DNA of 63,340 nt, filler included, from Guillardia theta CCMP2712 (Eukaryota > Protista > Cryptophyta), in NCBI RefSeq assembly GCF_000315625.1. It is 7 parts of 7 records of this genome, joined end to end, with 100 filler letters (N's around TTAATTAATTAA, not from the genome) between each part and the next. Parts side by side here need not be neighbours in the genome. Positions count along the whole stretch, not along the records: positions 12,344 to 19,385 come from NW_005434228.1; positions 19,486 to 24,124 come from NW_005434159.1; positions 24,225 to 31,209 come from NW_005434226.1; 4 more parts are not named here. The stretch is one strand, 5' to 3'. A program made the translations under genes and the position numbers. The notes beneath the pieces are model-generated. The model worked only from the letters and a program-made list of their open reading frames with translations. It had not been told where the DNA came from and did not search any database. Below are positions 12,344 to 25,217 of the stretch, in pieces. Numbering within the stretch: the first letter of the stretch is position 1; the number at the start of each line of letters is the position of its first letter.

Positions 12344-15300
12344 TGTCGCTATAGACCTCCTCTCAGTCAATGAAAGAGCCAAACTGTGGATTGACGACCT
12401 TCTGATCATCGACCAGTGGACGTCACTCAGCTCGTCAACCATCGAGCGTCAAGTCACTTCGGCATTGATAGGGACTGAAGTGAGAGAGTTCTTGAACATC
12501 CGTGTGGAGTATGAGTGCCTTGCGACTTCATCCATGTAAGGCAGCTCGTTGTTCTCGATCTGTCCTGACTTGACCCCTTCAGTGACTCGTCACCCTGTCA
12601 GCTCAACCTGACATGGGCTGATCCCAACAGCACTATGGCTCCTATTCCTCGCATCTCCTTGTTCCCCAAGACTGCAGTCGCCGACCTTCCAACATGGATC
12701 ACGGTGACCCCCAACCTTCCCAGCGAGATCTCTACAGTCCACGGGTATACTTTGAACTTCTAATGATAAAGGTCTGACGGCTAGTTCAGAATCGGATTGA
12801 CCATCGCCACAGCCGGGATAACGTCCTCGTTCAGAGTTGTCCTACGAGATGTGTACGGCAACGTGAGGTGGGGATACGACGATGTAGCTGTCGCCCGACT
12901 GTGGACTACGGCATGCGCAATGGCTCCTTACAATCACACTTGTCAAGACTTGATCCCTTCGGTGTTGTACGAGAACTTTGACCACTATGACCGTCTTGAT
13001 GGTACGACCTGGGACGTCCTGCTGACCGTCCTGACTTTTTTTTAGGCTCCCCGTTCCTTAGTAGCGATCTTGTCAACATGACTCAGACTGACTCTTGCAA
13101 CCTCCGATCGTTCTCAGCTCCTATCCCAGCTGCCTGGAACCTCTCCATCGTCGAACAGCACGTCTATGTCTCCTTTGCCGGTGGAGCGTGCGAAGGCAGG
13201 TGGACTAGGGTGTCAGCTGTCAACGGAAGTTGCCTCGTGCTCAACGACACGGCCTGGGACGACGGGCAAGTCCCATGTGTGGACGAGGGACCCTTGGCCT
13301 TCCACCTCTCCTACGGCCCATGGGCAATACCAGGCTTCCCTCCCCTTGCGTGCCCTAACTGTCCGAGACTAGTCAGGTCGTTGTACACGCCATCGACAGA
13401 GGAAGGCGTGTACGATGTTGTCTACACGCCTACTCGAAAGGGACAGTACAGTGTTGTGACTTCTATCGTCGGAGACGTCGGGCTGTTTGCCACGTACTAC
13501 TCGATGGATTTCAACGCGATTGGCAAGCCTGTCGGGAGCTCCACATGGGCCAAAGGAATGGAGAACGAGTTTGCGGTAGACTGGTCGTCGAATCCAAACA
13601 TACAGTCACCAGGTATCGATGTCTAAGAACATTGCTCCTCTGCTGCTTCTTGTAGTCTTCTCCATTTTCATGCTCCGCTCTCATGCCGCTTTCTGTCGCA
13701 CATTGAATCACATGGAATGACTTGGATTTCTCAGCTCCTCTCGGTTCCACTCCCAACTCCTTTGCCATGAGATGGACCGGGTTCTTGAACGTCGACGAGG
13801 CGGCAGAGCAGAGGTTTGAACTTCAGCTGGGGGGAGGCAGCGGCAGGTCGACGACGTCGGAGAGGGTGAAGATGTGGATTGACAACAGCATCATCATCGA
13901 TCAGTGGAGCTCCCTGGCCGTCATGAATCCCACAGGATCGATAGGTACGTATCCACACAGAGCTGAGAAATCTGTGGAGAGACATGATTCTTCCCACTGC
14001 TTACGGTTTGACGAGAGCTCATATGAATGATATTCATGTCAACAGGATTCGGCATTAGAGGAGGATTCTATGATCTAAGTATCTTGTACAAGGTGATTTC
14101 AAGTCTCCGACCTCCATCTCTTGTCTCTTACACTTCACACAGTGCATGGACAACAACCTGGGCTGTGGCGTCACTCTCAGAAGGAATTCAACCCTACTGA
14201 AAAGGGTTCCCGGCAAGCAAGTCTATCATAGGATCGACGTCCCGAACCCGCTCGGAGATCTGCTTGTGCGGGCTGCTGTTACGTGCGCATCGAGAAGGTA
14301 ACCTGCTTGCAAGTTAGTCGACATCTTGTGACGTTCATCACAGTTTTGCGTTCGGCGCTCAGCTCACCATCGCAACTGCTGGAGTCGAGGCTTCCTTCCT
14401 CGTTCTGTCAAGGTGACGAGGCTGATGGAAAGTGCGAGACTTCGTGACGGGAGTGCGGCAGAGATGCGTATGAGAATATCAACGATCACTTCACCCCAGA
14501 GTTCAAAGTCATTCTTGAAGGACAAGGTGAGAAACTCTCTCATCTCGTCTCACCTCATCGCCTCCCAAGGTGCCGTGCCCGTCTACCAGGCCAAGGTCAA
14601 GCTCTACCAAGAACCGCAGGGGTTGTACTCAGTGCACTATACTGCCAACGAGGCGAAATCTTATACAGTAATTTGAATTGTTCATCCTCCATTTCGGCTT
14701 GACGAACCTGGCAGGTGATGGCTCGGCATGGCCTCATGAACCTTCAGGGAGGGCCCTATGTGCTGCTTGTCAAGCCCAACACATTCTGCGCGTCAAAGAG
14801 CACGATGACAGGCAGCGGTTTGACCCTCGCTCAAGTGCTGCCAGCTGTCAGCACGTTTGAGATTCAGCTCCGAGACTCGTTCTCCAACAGGAAGACCAGC
14901 TCTACCAACGTGAGTCCCTTCCCAGCTGCTGAGCAGCTGAGGGAGATCTGACGGCTGCGTCAGGAGCGCGGACGGTTTGCTCTGCGCGTCACGAGGGACT
15001 TCTGGCCTCCGATTGACAACTCCTACATTCTCTCTGAGAGTGACATCGCTCTTGCCAAGCAAGGAGTACTTCCCACCGTCCATGCGCTGCTCGCTGCTGA
15101 CGGAAACGTAAAATTTCTCTAAACTTCCAGCTCCTTCTCGACTGACTTGCTCTCAGAACGGCACCCTCCAAGGATCCTACTCCCTATCTCCCTCTCCTTG
15201 GAGCTATGCCGTCACATCGCGCTTCCTGGGATCGTGGGGAGCAGTAAGACCAGTCCCTCTCCTCCTCCACAGCCACTGACCTCTTGCTGTAGCCTGGCAG

Positions 15301-16169
15301 GCTGGATGCAACATACTACGACACAGAAGGCAACATTTTCGTCAACTCGAGCTTCTTGGATGGAGCCTCCCATGACGTCCTGCAAGGTGAAGCTCCCAGC
15401 TCACTCCGCTCCTCCTCCTCCTCCTCTCCTGACGTCTCCCCTCCCCCAGCACAAGGACTGGCCAGCGTGTCCTGGAGTGGTTTCATCTCAGCTTGTTCAA
15501 CGATCTCATCATCAAACGCCTCTTCCTGCCTGTTCGGATCGGAGAACCCTCGGACGTTGCGATGGAACCTGACGTCTTCGGCCGATCGCATCAAGGTACA
15601 GGAGCGATTTGTCAGCTCCTCCCCTCACTGCTGTTCCACCAGCTCTGGATCGACAACAGCGTCATCATAGACCAGTGGACGTCGCTTGCAAGCTTGCAAC
15701 CGCAAGGTGAACAACTCCTCCTCCTCCACCACCACCACCTTCACACTCCACCACCACCTCCTCCCCCCCCTCCCCTTCCTGCTACCTCGTTCTCGTCTCT
15801 CCTCGTCTCTCCTTCTCCCTCTTGCTCTGTCCCCCTTCTCCTCGTGTCCTCCCCTCCTCCTCCTCCTCCTCCCCTCCTCCTCAGACAACAACCCTCCTAT
15901 CCTCTTCTCCTTGCTCACTGTCTGTGTCAGGTACAATCGTCTTCCCCGACGACCTCACTCTCCTAGACATCGTCGCGTATCACAAGGTACCCTCTCTTCA
16001 TCCTCCTCTCCCTCTTCTCAAGCTCCGGCAGGGCAACTTGACAAGTGCCGTTGAGCTGGACGGTCTGGTGGACGACACTGCCTCGAACTTCTTCCGCCCG
16101 ATTGAGTCCAGCCGACTATGGCAGAGGTTTGACCTGGTCAACTCGCCGTTCCCCGTGACCCTTGCGTGA
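12344..16169 (+). CDS. 3' part of a large multi-exon PA14 plus filamin/Ig-like repeat protein
   Basis: Three PA14-like motifs (ERAKLWIDDLLIIDQWTS, ERVKMWIDNSIIIDQWSS, LWIDNSVIIDQWTS); filamin-like TIATAGITSSFRVVLRDVYGN and GVYDVVYTPTRKGQYSV; many GT-AG introns; stop at 16167-16169. Confidence 0.75.
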
Positions 16170-16499
16170 TTCTGCTGCTCGAGCTGTATGTGTAGATGAA
16201 GTCAGTAAGGTTAATGTAAATATCTGAAGCAGTCCTCCGGTCCTTCTTTGACTGATGGATCTACTTCCTGCTGAGAAGCTTCATCTGTCACCAGCTGAGT
16301 CGCAGCTGAGTCGCAGGGGCAGTGAGTCGACGGTCGTGGCAGCTGGTACGGCACCACCCTTAACTAAACGTTTGTACCAGTTGATTCCAACGCTGAGGGA
16401 TGGCCCGTCCGACTGTCCACGTAACGCATGCGTAACCACCATCTGTGTAACGCCAGTGGTGTGGGTGTATGAGGGGGATGACTGGGAGTGCGGAAAGCC

Positions 16500-17846
16500 A
16501 TGACGGTAGACGGCAGCAGGAGGTCGAGCAAGAGGAGAAGGCTGGAGGGATCAGACAAGACGAGAGAGGAAGGAGAGGAGAGAGGGGACATCGAATCAGA
16601 CATAGAGAAGAGAGTGAAGAAAAGAGCGAAAGTATGCGAGCACGGGCGGGTCCGATCGAGATGCCAGGAATGCGGGGGCGGCAGCATATGCCAGCACGGG
16701 CGGCAGCGATCGGTATGCAAGGGATGCGGGGGCAGGAGCATATGCGAGCACGGGCGGGTCCGATCGGTATGCAAGGGATGCGGGGGCGGGAGCATATGCG
16801 AGCACGGGCGGGTCCGATCAGGATGCAAGGGATGCGGGGGCAGCAGCATATGCGAGCATGGGCGGCGGCGATCGGGATGCAAGGAGTGCGGGGGCAGCAG
16901 CATATGCGAGCACGGGCGCCAGCGATCGGGATGCAAGGACTGCGGGGGCAGCAGCATATGCGAGCACGGGCGGCAGCGATCGGTATGCAAGGTGTGCGGG
17001 GGCAGGAGCATATGCGAGCACGGGCGGGTCCGATCGAGATGCCAGGAATGCGGGGGCGGCAGCATATGCGAGCACGGGCGGGAGCGATCGAAATGCAAGG
17101 GATGCGGGGGCAGGAGCATATGCGAGCACGGGCGGCGGCGATCGGTATGCAAGGAGTGCGGGGGCAGGAGCATATGCGAGCACGGGCGGGTCCGATCGAG
17201 ATGCAAGGACTGCGGGGGCAGGAGCATATGCGAGCACGGGCGGGAGCGATCGGTATGCAAGGAGTGCGGGGGCGGGAGTATATGCGAGCACGGGCGGGTC
17301 CGATCGAGATGCCAGGAATGCGGGGGCGGCAGCATATGCGAGCACGGGCGGCGGCGATGGGAATGCAAGGGATGCGGGGGGGGGAGCATATGCGAGCACG
17401 GGCGGCCGCGATCGGTATGCAAGGAGTGCGGGGGCAGGAGCATATGCGAGCACGGGCGGGTCCGATCGAGATGCAAGGAGTGCGGGGGGGGCAGCATATG
17501 CGAGCACGGGCGGGTCCGATCGGGATGCAAGGAGTGCGGGGGGGGGAGCATATGCAAGCACGGGCGGGAGCGATCGGGATGCAAGGGATGCGGGGGGGGG
17601 AGCATATGCGAGCACGGGCGGCAGAGATCGAGATGCATGGACTGCAGGGGCAGGTGCATATGCGAGCACGGGCGGGAGCGATCGAAATGCAAGGAGTGCG
17701 GGGGGGGGAGCATATGCGAGCACGGGCGGCGGCGTTCGGTATGCAAGGAGTGCGGGGGCAGGAGCATATGCGAGCACGGGCGGCGGCGATCGGGATGCAA
17801 GGAGTGCGGGGGAGGGAGCAGCAGGTACAGACAGGCGAGGAGCTGA
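16500..17846 (+). CDS. Intronless zinc-repeat protein with 22 x 18-aa CEHGRxRSxCKxCGGxSI units
   Basis: 54-bp tandem unit with C-x-H-x6-C-x2-C in every repeat; basic NLS-like SKRRRLE and KRVKKRAK upstream. Confidence 0.8.
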   Translation: MTVDGSRRSSKRRRLEGSDKTREEGEERGDIESDIEKRVKKRAKVCEHGRVRSRCQECGGGSICQHGRQRSVCKGCGGRSICEHGRVRSVCKGCGGGSICEHGRVRSGCKGCGGSSICEHGRRRSGCKECGGSSICEHGRQRSGCKDCGGSSICEHGRQRSVCKVCGGRSICEHGRVRSRCQECGGGSICEHGRERSKCKGCGGRSICEHGRRRSVCKECGGRSICEHGRVRSRCKDCGGRSICEHGRERSVCKECGGGSICEHGRVRSRCQECGGGSICEHGRRRWECKGCGGGSICEHGRPRSVCKECGGRSICEHGRVRSRCKECGGGSICEHGRVRSGCKECGGGSICKHGRERSGCKGCGGGSICEHGRQRSRCMDCRGRCICEHGRERSKCKECGGGSICEHGRRRSVCKECGGRSICEHGRRRSGCKECGGGSSRYRQARS

Positions 17847-18433
17847 TCAGCTGCGGACCTGATGTTGCTGTGCAGCAGGAGGACTGGCTTGCAGGGACCG
17901 CACGGTCGCGCTCGGCAAGGAGGCAGCTGATGGGGGGAGGAGGGACGGCAGCGTGTGCTGGGCAGGCTTAGAGGGTGGCGATGTCGGCTCGGGATGGGAG
18001 ACGCATGAGGGGAACATGAACGAGTGCTGGGCGACGATCATGAACGGCACTTGCATGGCTAGAGCAGGGAGGGTGTCGGCTGGTACTTGGAGATTGAGAG
18101 CATCGTGTGGGAGGAGGGGCAGCAGCTTCCTGCGCAACGCGGGGATGGTGAGCGTCATTGCCAACAACGGAGAGCTCATGCAGGCAGACCTGGACATAGA
18201 GACCAAGGCGGGGGAGGGGAGGGAGGGACTTACACGGCATGCGGGAGTAGGACAGTCAGCCGGACCCCCACGCCGAAGACAACTGTCCCCGGGGGCGTGG
18301 AGTCACGATGGTGGACAAGGCAAGAGGAGAGGTAACGGACGCCTCGCCTCCAGGAGCACGGCCGCTAAGGAAACCCAGGCGTGATCTTGATTTATCAAAA
18401 GAAGTTCTAAACTGCCCTCTCGAGACTCTTTTA

Positions 18434-18620
<187 letters not shown>

Positions 18621-19485
18621 CAACCAAGAGCCCTCATCTTCTCCCCGATCTCGGGAGGGAGGGAGGGGCTTGGCTGTACGGTAGGCCCGCCTCATTCAAT
18701 GATCGCTGCGTTGTGCAGTCCGATGGTCCGAGCCTTGTCTGCTCGAGGTCCTGCTGGACCGGCGGGACGGTGATGAGTTCTCCGTGCCGGGCGAAGTGTT
18801 GCTAGCCCCGCTGGAGCTGGAGCTGGAGGTGGAGCTGGGGCTGGAGCTGGGGCTGGAGCTGGCAGCTTGTCCTCTTCCTCCTGTTCTTCTCCTCCGTGTC
18901 TTGTCCGGCTTTTCCTTCCACAAGGACATGGACCTTCTCTTCTGATCTGCACAATCTCCTTGGCTTCTTCTTCATACGGTTGAGCTACCCATCTTGGAGG
19001 GCGGACAGCCCGGCGGTTTGCAGAGAACAATGACAGGTTGCTCGTAGTTTCTTCACATCATGTCAGACATACACAAGAAGCAACAAGGACATGGACCTTC
19101 TCTTCTGATCTGCACAATCTCCGTTCATCCCATCTCCACCAGCGAGGGAGAACAAGTCCTCAAGCTTCAGATCTTGTCGACTTCCAAACAACCCGACCAC
19201 TTCAAAATTCCTTGTCTGGTACAAATGTCAGATAATATCTGCCGTCGTAGATTACATCATCGTCCTCGTTGTCGTCGTAATCGTCATCGTCATCGTCATC
19301 ATCATGATCTTCTTCTTCTTCTTCTTCTGCATCGTTGTCGTCGTCACCAACATCATCGTCATCACCTCTTGTCCTCCGCTCGCGTNNNNNNNNNNNNNNN
19401 NNNNNNNNNNNNNNNNNNNNNNNNNNNNNTTAATTAATTAANNNNNNNNNNNNNNNNNNNNNNNNNNNNNNNNNNNNNNNNNNNN

Positions 19486-21673
19486 AACCGCAATCATATG
19501 CACAACTCCATCGTTGCAGCCTGGGAATCATACTGTTTCAGTGCTGTGTGACGGCACTTGGATCTCCAGCAGCTACACTCAGATTCAAATATTGCATTCT
19601 GATATTGTAATGAGCCTCATCCCAAGCATAGGTTTTGTCAGCGGTGGCACTCGTGTATACCTTCAAACCAGCCACCCTGTGAGATCCGAGGCCTTTAGCC
19701 ATTGTGTTTTTGGTGACGCTAGTGTGGTACAAGTCCAAAAGAATGCACAAGATCAATATTTCTGTGTTACTCCAGCACACAAGCAAGGTAGTGTCGAAGT
19801 TCGAGTTGTGCAGAAGGACTCATCGTCATATGGAGGTCGTCAACCAGGCCCTTCCCTTTCGTTCTTGTACGTCGATGAGCCGGAGGTCACTGGAATCTAC
19901 CCTAGTCTTATCAAATCTGGTAAACAGACGCTGATCTCCATAACTGGGCGCAATCTGCTTATGCCAGAGGCCTTTTGCAGCTTTGGCAACACAGGAAGCA
20001 CTCGGGGGCGTGCCATGACGAGCACTCTACTTACCTGCATGGCACCGCCAATGCCACCAGGCCGATCATATTTACAAATCTCACCCAATCAAGTGGACGT
20101 TTTTGAAACTTCGGTCATAGTGAGCTGGCGAGATCTCATTGTATATTCCATCCGTCCTTCTGTAGTTCGTAACGGAGAAGGGACTCGTGTCGTAGTAGCG
20201 GGGCAGTTCCATGAATGCAAAGAGCTTTATTGTAGGTTTGGTTCCGAGCAGAAATCAGCTGCTGTGTATTCCTCGGCAACCGCAATCATATGCACAACTC
20301 CATCGTTGCAGCCTGGGAATCATACTGTTTCAGTGCTGTGTGACGGCACTTGGATCTCCAGCAGCTACACTCAGATTCAAATATTGCATTCTGATATTGT
20401 AATGAGCCTCATCCCAAGCATAGGTTTTGTCAGCGGTGGCACTCGTGTACACCTTCAAACCAGCCACCCTGTGAGATCCGAGGCCTTTAGCCATTGTGTT
20501 TTTGGTGACGCTAGTGTGGTACAAGTCCAAAAGAATGCACAAGATCAATATTTCTGTGTTACTCCAGCACACAAGCAAGGTAGTGTCGAAGTTCGAGTTG
20601 TGCAGAAGGACTCATCGTCATATGGAGGTCGTCAACCAGGCCCTTCCCTTTCGTTCTTGTACGTCGATGANNNNNNNNNNNNNNNNNNNNNNNNNNNNNN
20701 NNNNNNNNNNNNNNNNNNNNNNNNNNNNNNNNNNNNNNNNNNNNNNNNNNNNNNNNNNNNNNNNNNNNNNNNNNNNNNNNNNNNNNNNNNNNNNNNNNNN
20801 NNNNNNNNNNNNNNNNNNNNNNNNNNNNNNNNNNNNNNNNNNNNNNNNNNNNNNNNNNNNNNNNNNNNNNNNNNNNNNNNNNNNNNNNNNNNNNNNNNNN
20901 NNNNNNNNNNNNNNNNNNNNNNNNNNNNNNNNNNNNNNNNNNNNNNNNNNNNNNNNNNNNNNNNNNNNNNNNGGACTCGTGTCGTAGTAGCGGGGCAGTT
21001 CCATGAATGCAAAGAGCTTTATTGTAGGTTTGGTTCCGAGCAGAAATCAGCTGCTGTGTATTCCTCGGCAACCGCAATCATATGCACAACTCCATCGTTG
21101 CAGCCTGGGAATCATACTGTTTCAGTGCTGTGTGACGGCACTTGGATCTCCAGCAGCTACACTCAGATTCAAATATTGCATTCTGATATTGTAATGAGCC
21201 TCATCCCAAGCATAGGTTTTGTCAGCGGTGGCACTCGTGTACACCTTCAAACCAGCCACCCTGTGAGATCCGAGGCCTTTAGCCATTGTGTTTTTGGTGA
21301 CGCTAGTGTGGTACAAGTCCAAAAGAATGCACAAGATCAATATTTCTGTGTTACTCCAGCACACAAGCAAGGTAGTGTCGAAGTTCGAGTTGTGCAGAAG
21401 GACTCATCGTCATATGGAGGTCGTCAACCAGGCCCTTCCCTTTCGTTCTTGTACGTCGATGAGCCGGAGGTCACTGGAATCTACCCTAGTCTTATCAAAT
21501 CTGGTAAACAGACGCTGATCTCCATAACTGGGCGCAATCTGCTTATGCCAGAGGCCTTTTGCAGCTTTGGCAACACAGGAAGCACTCGGGGGCGTGCCAT
21601 GACGAGCACTCTACTTACCTGCATGGCACCGCCAATGCCACCAGGCCGATCATATTTACAAATCTCACCCAAT
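19486..21673 (+). repeat. Near-identical 792-bp tandem duplication (about 2.75 copies) inside the IPT/TIG gene
   Basis: Sequence recurs at +792 (19878/20670, 20181/20973); the 302-N gap fits the period exactly. Confidence 0.85.
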
Positions 21674-24124
21674 CATGGCGGAAAGCTTGTTGCAAGCCTG
21701 GCTATAGAATTTGTTGATCAGCCCGTCATCACAGCAATACAGCCTACACATGTTCTCCTTTCGAGCAGTAGTAGACAGGTTGTGACGCTGTATGGACAGC
21801 ATTTCATTGACAAAGAGATGATGTTATGTCGCTTTGGGCAACGAAAGACAGTGCGAGCTCAGGTGGTACAAGACAACAAGGTTTTGTGCATCTTTCCGAA
21901 TCTTATTTATGTAGGCAATATGACAGTTTCTGTTGTCGATCATAGTGGATTCTCTTCCAACGAACAGCAATTTGTTGTATTGCCTTCTATTTTGATAGAT
22001 AGAATTGTTCCATCCTGGATCCTTTGCACCATGCCGGCTGTACAGAAGAGCGGGACAGTGCTGATACGGGCAGTAGAGGGAGCCCAAGGGTCGAGTAGGG
22101 GCCTTGAGGGAGAAGTGAGGTATGTTTACTACAATGAGCCTGTGGTGACTCGCGTGGAGCCAAGCAGTGGCGCTCTGGAAGGGGGTACCATGCTGAGCCT
22201 GTATGGGCGGGGGCTGGAAGAAGGCAGCAATCTAACGTGCAGGTTCGGGACCGGAGATGCGGTCGCAGGCCGGCAAGAGACTTCTACGATGGCCACCTGT
22301 GTTGCACCCCCGCGCCCAGTCAAGGACGTCGTCTGGTTGCAGGTGAGCCTCAACGGAGGCGCGGACTTCTCCGGATCTGCAGTCGAGTACGCATATGAGG
22401 CCGGGGCTACGGTGGACGAGGTGAGGCCGTCCGCGGGAGATAGCGGGGTCGACGGTCAGACCGTGACCGTGATAGGCCGCCACTTCGGGTCGGGACAAGG
22501 GCTGAGCTGCTTGTTCGGGACAAGGGGGCGGGTACGGGGCATGCCGATGACGTCGACGGCGGTAGTCTGTGTAGCGCCGAGAGGGGGTCCGGGGGCGGTC
22601 GGGGTATCGGTGAGCAACAACGGAGTGGATGAAGGGCAAACAAGGGGCGGGTTCGTGTACAGCGGTGATCTTAAGGTAATACGCAAGGTCACCCCAAGCT
22701 CAGGGCCGTTGGCTGGGGGTACCAACGTGACCATAGCAGTCGACGGTTTGCGTCGGGCGGCGTTGTCATGGACGACAGAGAGACCTTGGGGTTGCGTTTT
22801 TGGAACCTCAGTCGTGCAAGCACAAGCTTTGACCACGTCGCTGATCAGCTGTAAGTCGCCTACAAGCTTGCGGGCAGGAGAAACGAAGATGTCGTTGGTG
22901 GACGATCTTGGTAACGTCGTTGTCAAGGGCAAGTCTGCATTCGTCTACTACGAGGGGCCAGAGGTAAGCTCGGTGGTGCCCAGCATAGGGAGACAGACGG
23001 GAGGTATGGTGGTAAGTGTCGTGGGCCAGGGCCTCATATCCCGAGATCCCGTTTGTCAATTTGGCCCGTCCATAGTCCAGGGCAAGGACGTTACGAGCCT
23101 TAGCTCATCAGTGCTGCTATGAGCACCGTGAACCGGCTAGTTTGCGCGGAAGAGGGGGGGTATCCTGGTGAGCCTCAACGGAGGCGCGGACTTCTCCGGA
23201 TCTGCAGTCGAGTACGCATATGAGGCCGGGGCTACGGTGGACGAGGTGAGGCCGTCCGCGGGAGATAGCGGGGTCGACGGGCAGACCGTGACGGTGATAG
23301 GCCGCCACTTCGGGTCGGGACAAGGGCTGAGCTGCTTGTTCGGGACAAGGGGGCGGGTACGGGGCATGCCGATGACGTCGACGGCGGTAGTCTGTGTAGC
23401 GCCGAGAGGGGGTCCGGGGGCGGTCGGGGTATCGGTGAGCAACAACGGAGTAGAAGGAGAGACCGCTAGCGGCATCGTCAGCGTGAGGTATGAGTACCGC
23501 TCAGGGATGTCAGCAAAGTCCGTGGTACCTAGTCAGGGACCGTCAGTGGGAGGAACGGTCGTGAGAGTGATGCTTGAAGGGACGATCGGAGGTGAGGACG
23601 GGACTGGGGAGTGGCTCTGTGTATTCGGAGACTCTATGAGCCGCGGGCAATTGAACGTGTCATCGCCGGACAACGCTTCCGTGGCATGCAATCTGCCACC
23701 ATCGATGCCCTCTACCGTCTCTGTACAAGTGCGACGACCGAGTGGACAGAAGCTATTAGGGGACCTAAGGTTCCAGTACGTACTTCAAGCCAGGCTCATA
23801 AGTGTATCTCCAAGTCAAGGTGGAGCAGGGGGAGGATCGAGGGTGACCATCACAGGAGAGGGAATCGGGCGAGAGGGGCTGAGGTGCTGGTTTGGGGACA
23901 AGGCCGTGGAGGGGAGAGGCGTGGAGTGGATATCGTCGAGTCTAATCAATTGTTTAGTGCCTGATTTTGGGCGTGTTCAACAATATATTTTTGTGCAGGT
24001 TCGCTGGTTTGATTCCTATATTCAAGACTCTCTTTTGTACCATGTACTGGAATCGCATGTCTCTTCTATATGGCCGTTGGCGTTCTGTTCGAAGCGTTCC
24101 ACGATCACGGTCCCCGTATTTGAG
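19486..24124 (+). CDS. Partial, apparently intronless IPT/TIG-repeat protein, interrupted by a stop at 23120-23122
   Basis: Repeated modules such as VTRVEPSSGALEGGTMLSLYG...CRFG...CVAPP...VSLNG and ISVSPSQGGAGGGSRVTITG; ORFs 19514-23122 and 23168-24124. Confidence 0.8.
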
Positions 24125-24248
24125 NNNNNNNNNNNNNNNNNNNNNNNNNNNNNNNNNNNNNNNNNNNNTTAATTAATTAANNNNNNNNNNNNNNNNNNNN
24201 NNNNNNNNNNNNNNNNNNNNNNNNAGTCATCTAAGACTTAATCGCAGG

Positions 24249-25179
24249 AAAATGACGAGAAGTCAAAGTCACTCTGCTTATCTGCCAAAGACCCCGAGGT
24301 GTCTCCTGAGGGGAGGGGAGGGGAGGGGAGGGGAGGGGAGGGGAGGGTGGTGAAGGGAGGAAGGAGAGTGACGGGGAGCAGGTGAGGGGATGGATGGACT
24401 GGGCAGACAAGGAGCTGGCGGTTCTTCTGTTCCCCAACCTCACGCGGAGCTTCAGCGAGTCGTACGAGGCCTTCAGCTACGTGCAGGAGGTTCCCACCTT
24501 CTCCCTCCTCGACAAGTACTCCAACCACGTGGCGGGGGCGACGGCCATGTGGCTGGCGCAAGGGAAACTCAAGAAGAAGTACAAGATAGAGGACGAACGA
24601 GCCGCTCTCGCCTCCTCCCTCTCTAAGTGGGCCGACGCCCTCGATAACAAACTCTTCCTTGGTGGCTCCTCCCCCAACCTCGCCGACCTCTGGTGAACCC
24701 TCCCCCTTCTCCTCCTGCTTCCTCCCCCTTCTCCTCCTGCTTCCTCCCCCTTCTCCTCCTGCTTCCTCCCCCTTCTCACTGCTCATTTCTCTTTTTCTCA
24801 CTTGTTATCTTGTATCTCACAACTTCTTCTTCTTCTTCTTCTTCTTCTTCTATCTCACTTCTTCTCCTATCTCACTTGTTCTTCTTCAGTGTCTTCGGCG
24901 TTTTGAGGGCCGTGGACGGCAGTGCAACACAGAAAGTGATCGAAGACTCTCCGGTAAGGATGGGGAAGGGAAAGGGGAAGGGGAAGAGAAAGTGAGGGAG
25001 GGGAAGAGACTGGGAATGAGACAGAAACAGCAGCGAGGAGACGGAAGTGTGGTTGGAATGGATACAAGAGCTGGTGTGTTGGGTTGCATAATGATTCGCA
25101 GGTGGCTGACTGGTACAAGAGAATGCGCGAGTTGGTTGGGGAACGAGGAGGAGCTCGAGTGGCACGAGAAGCCAAATAA
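24249..25179 (+). CDS. 3' exons of a prostaglandin E synthase 2-like glutathione S-transferase (C-terminal domain)
   Basis: WMDWADKELAVLLFPNLTRSFSESYEAFSY...LFLGGSSPNLADL-CVFGVLRAV...VADWYKRM, joined across GT-AG introns. Confidence 0.75.
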
Positions 25180-25217
25180 CGTCAAAGTTCATCACAAGTT
25201 TGTATTAGTTTACAAAG

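Noticed and set aside
16364-17971. Several long overlapping ORFs on both strands as overlapping genes
   Set aside because: The GC-rich 54-bp unit lacks stops in most frames; only the CEHGR frame has a conserved metal-binding pattern.
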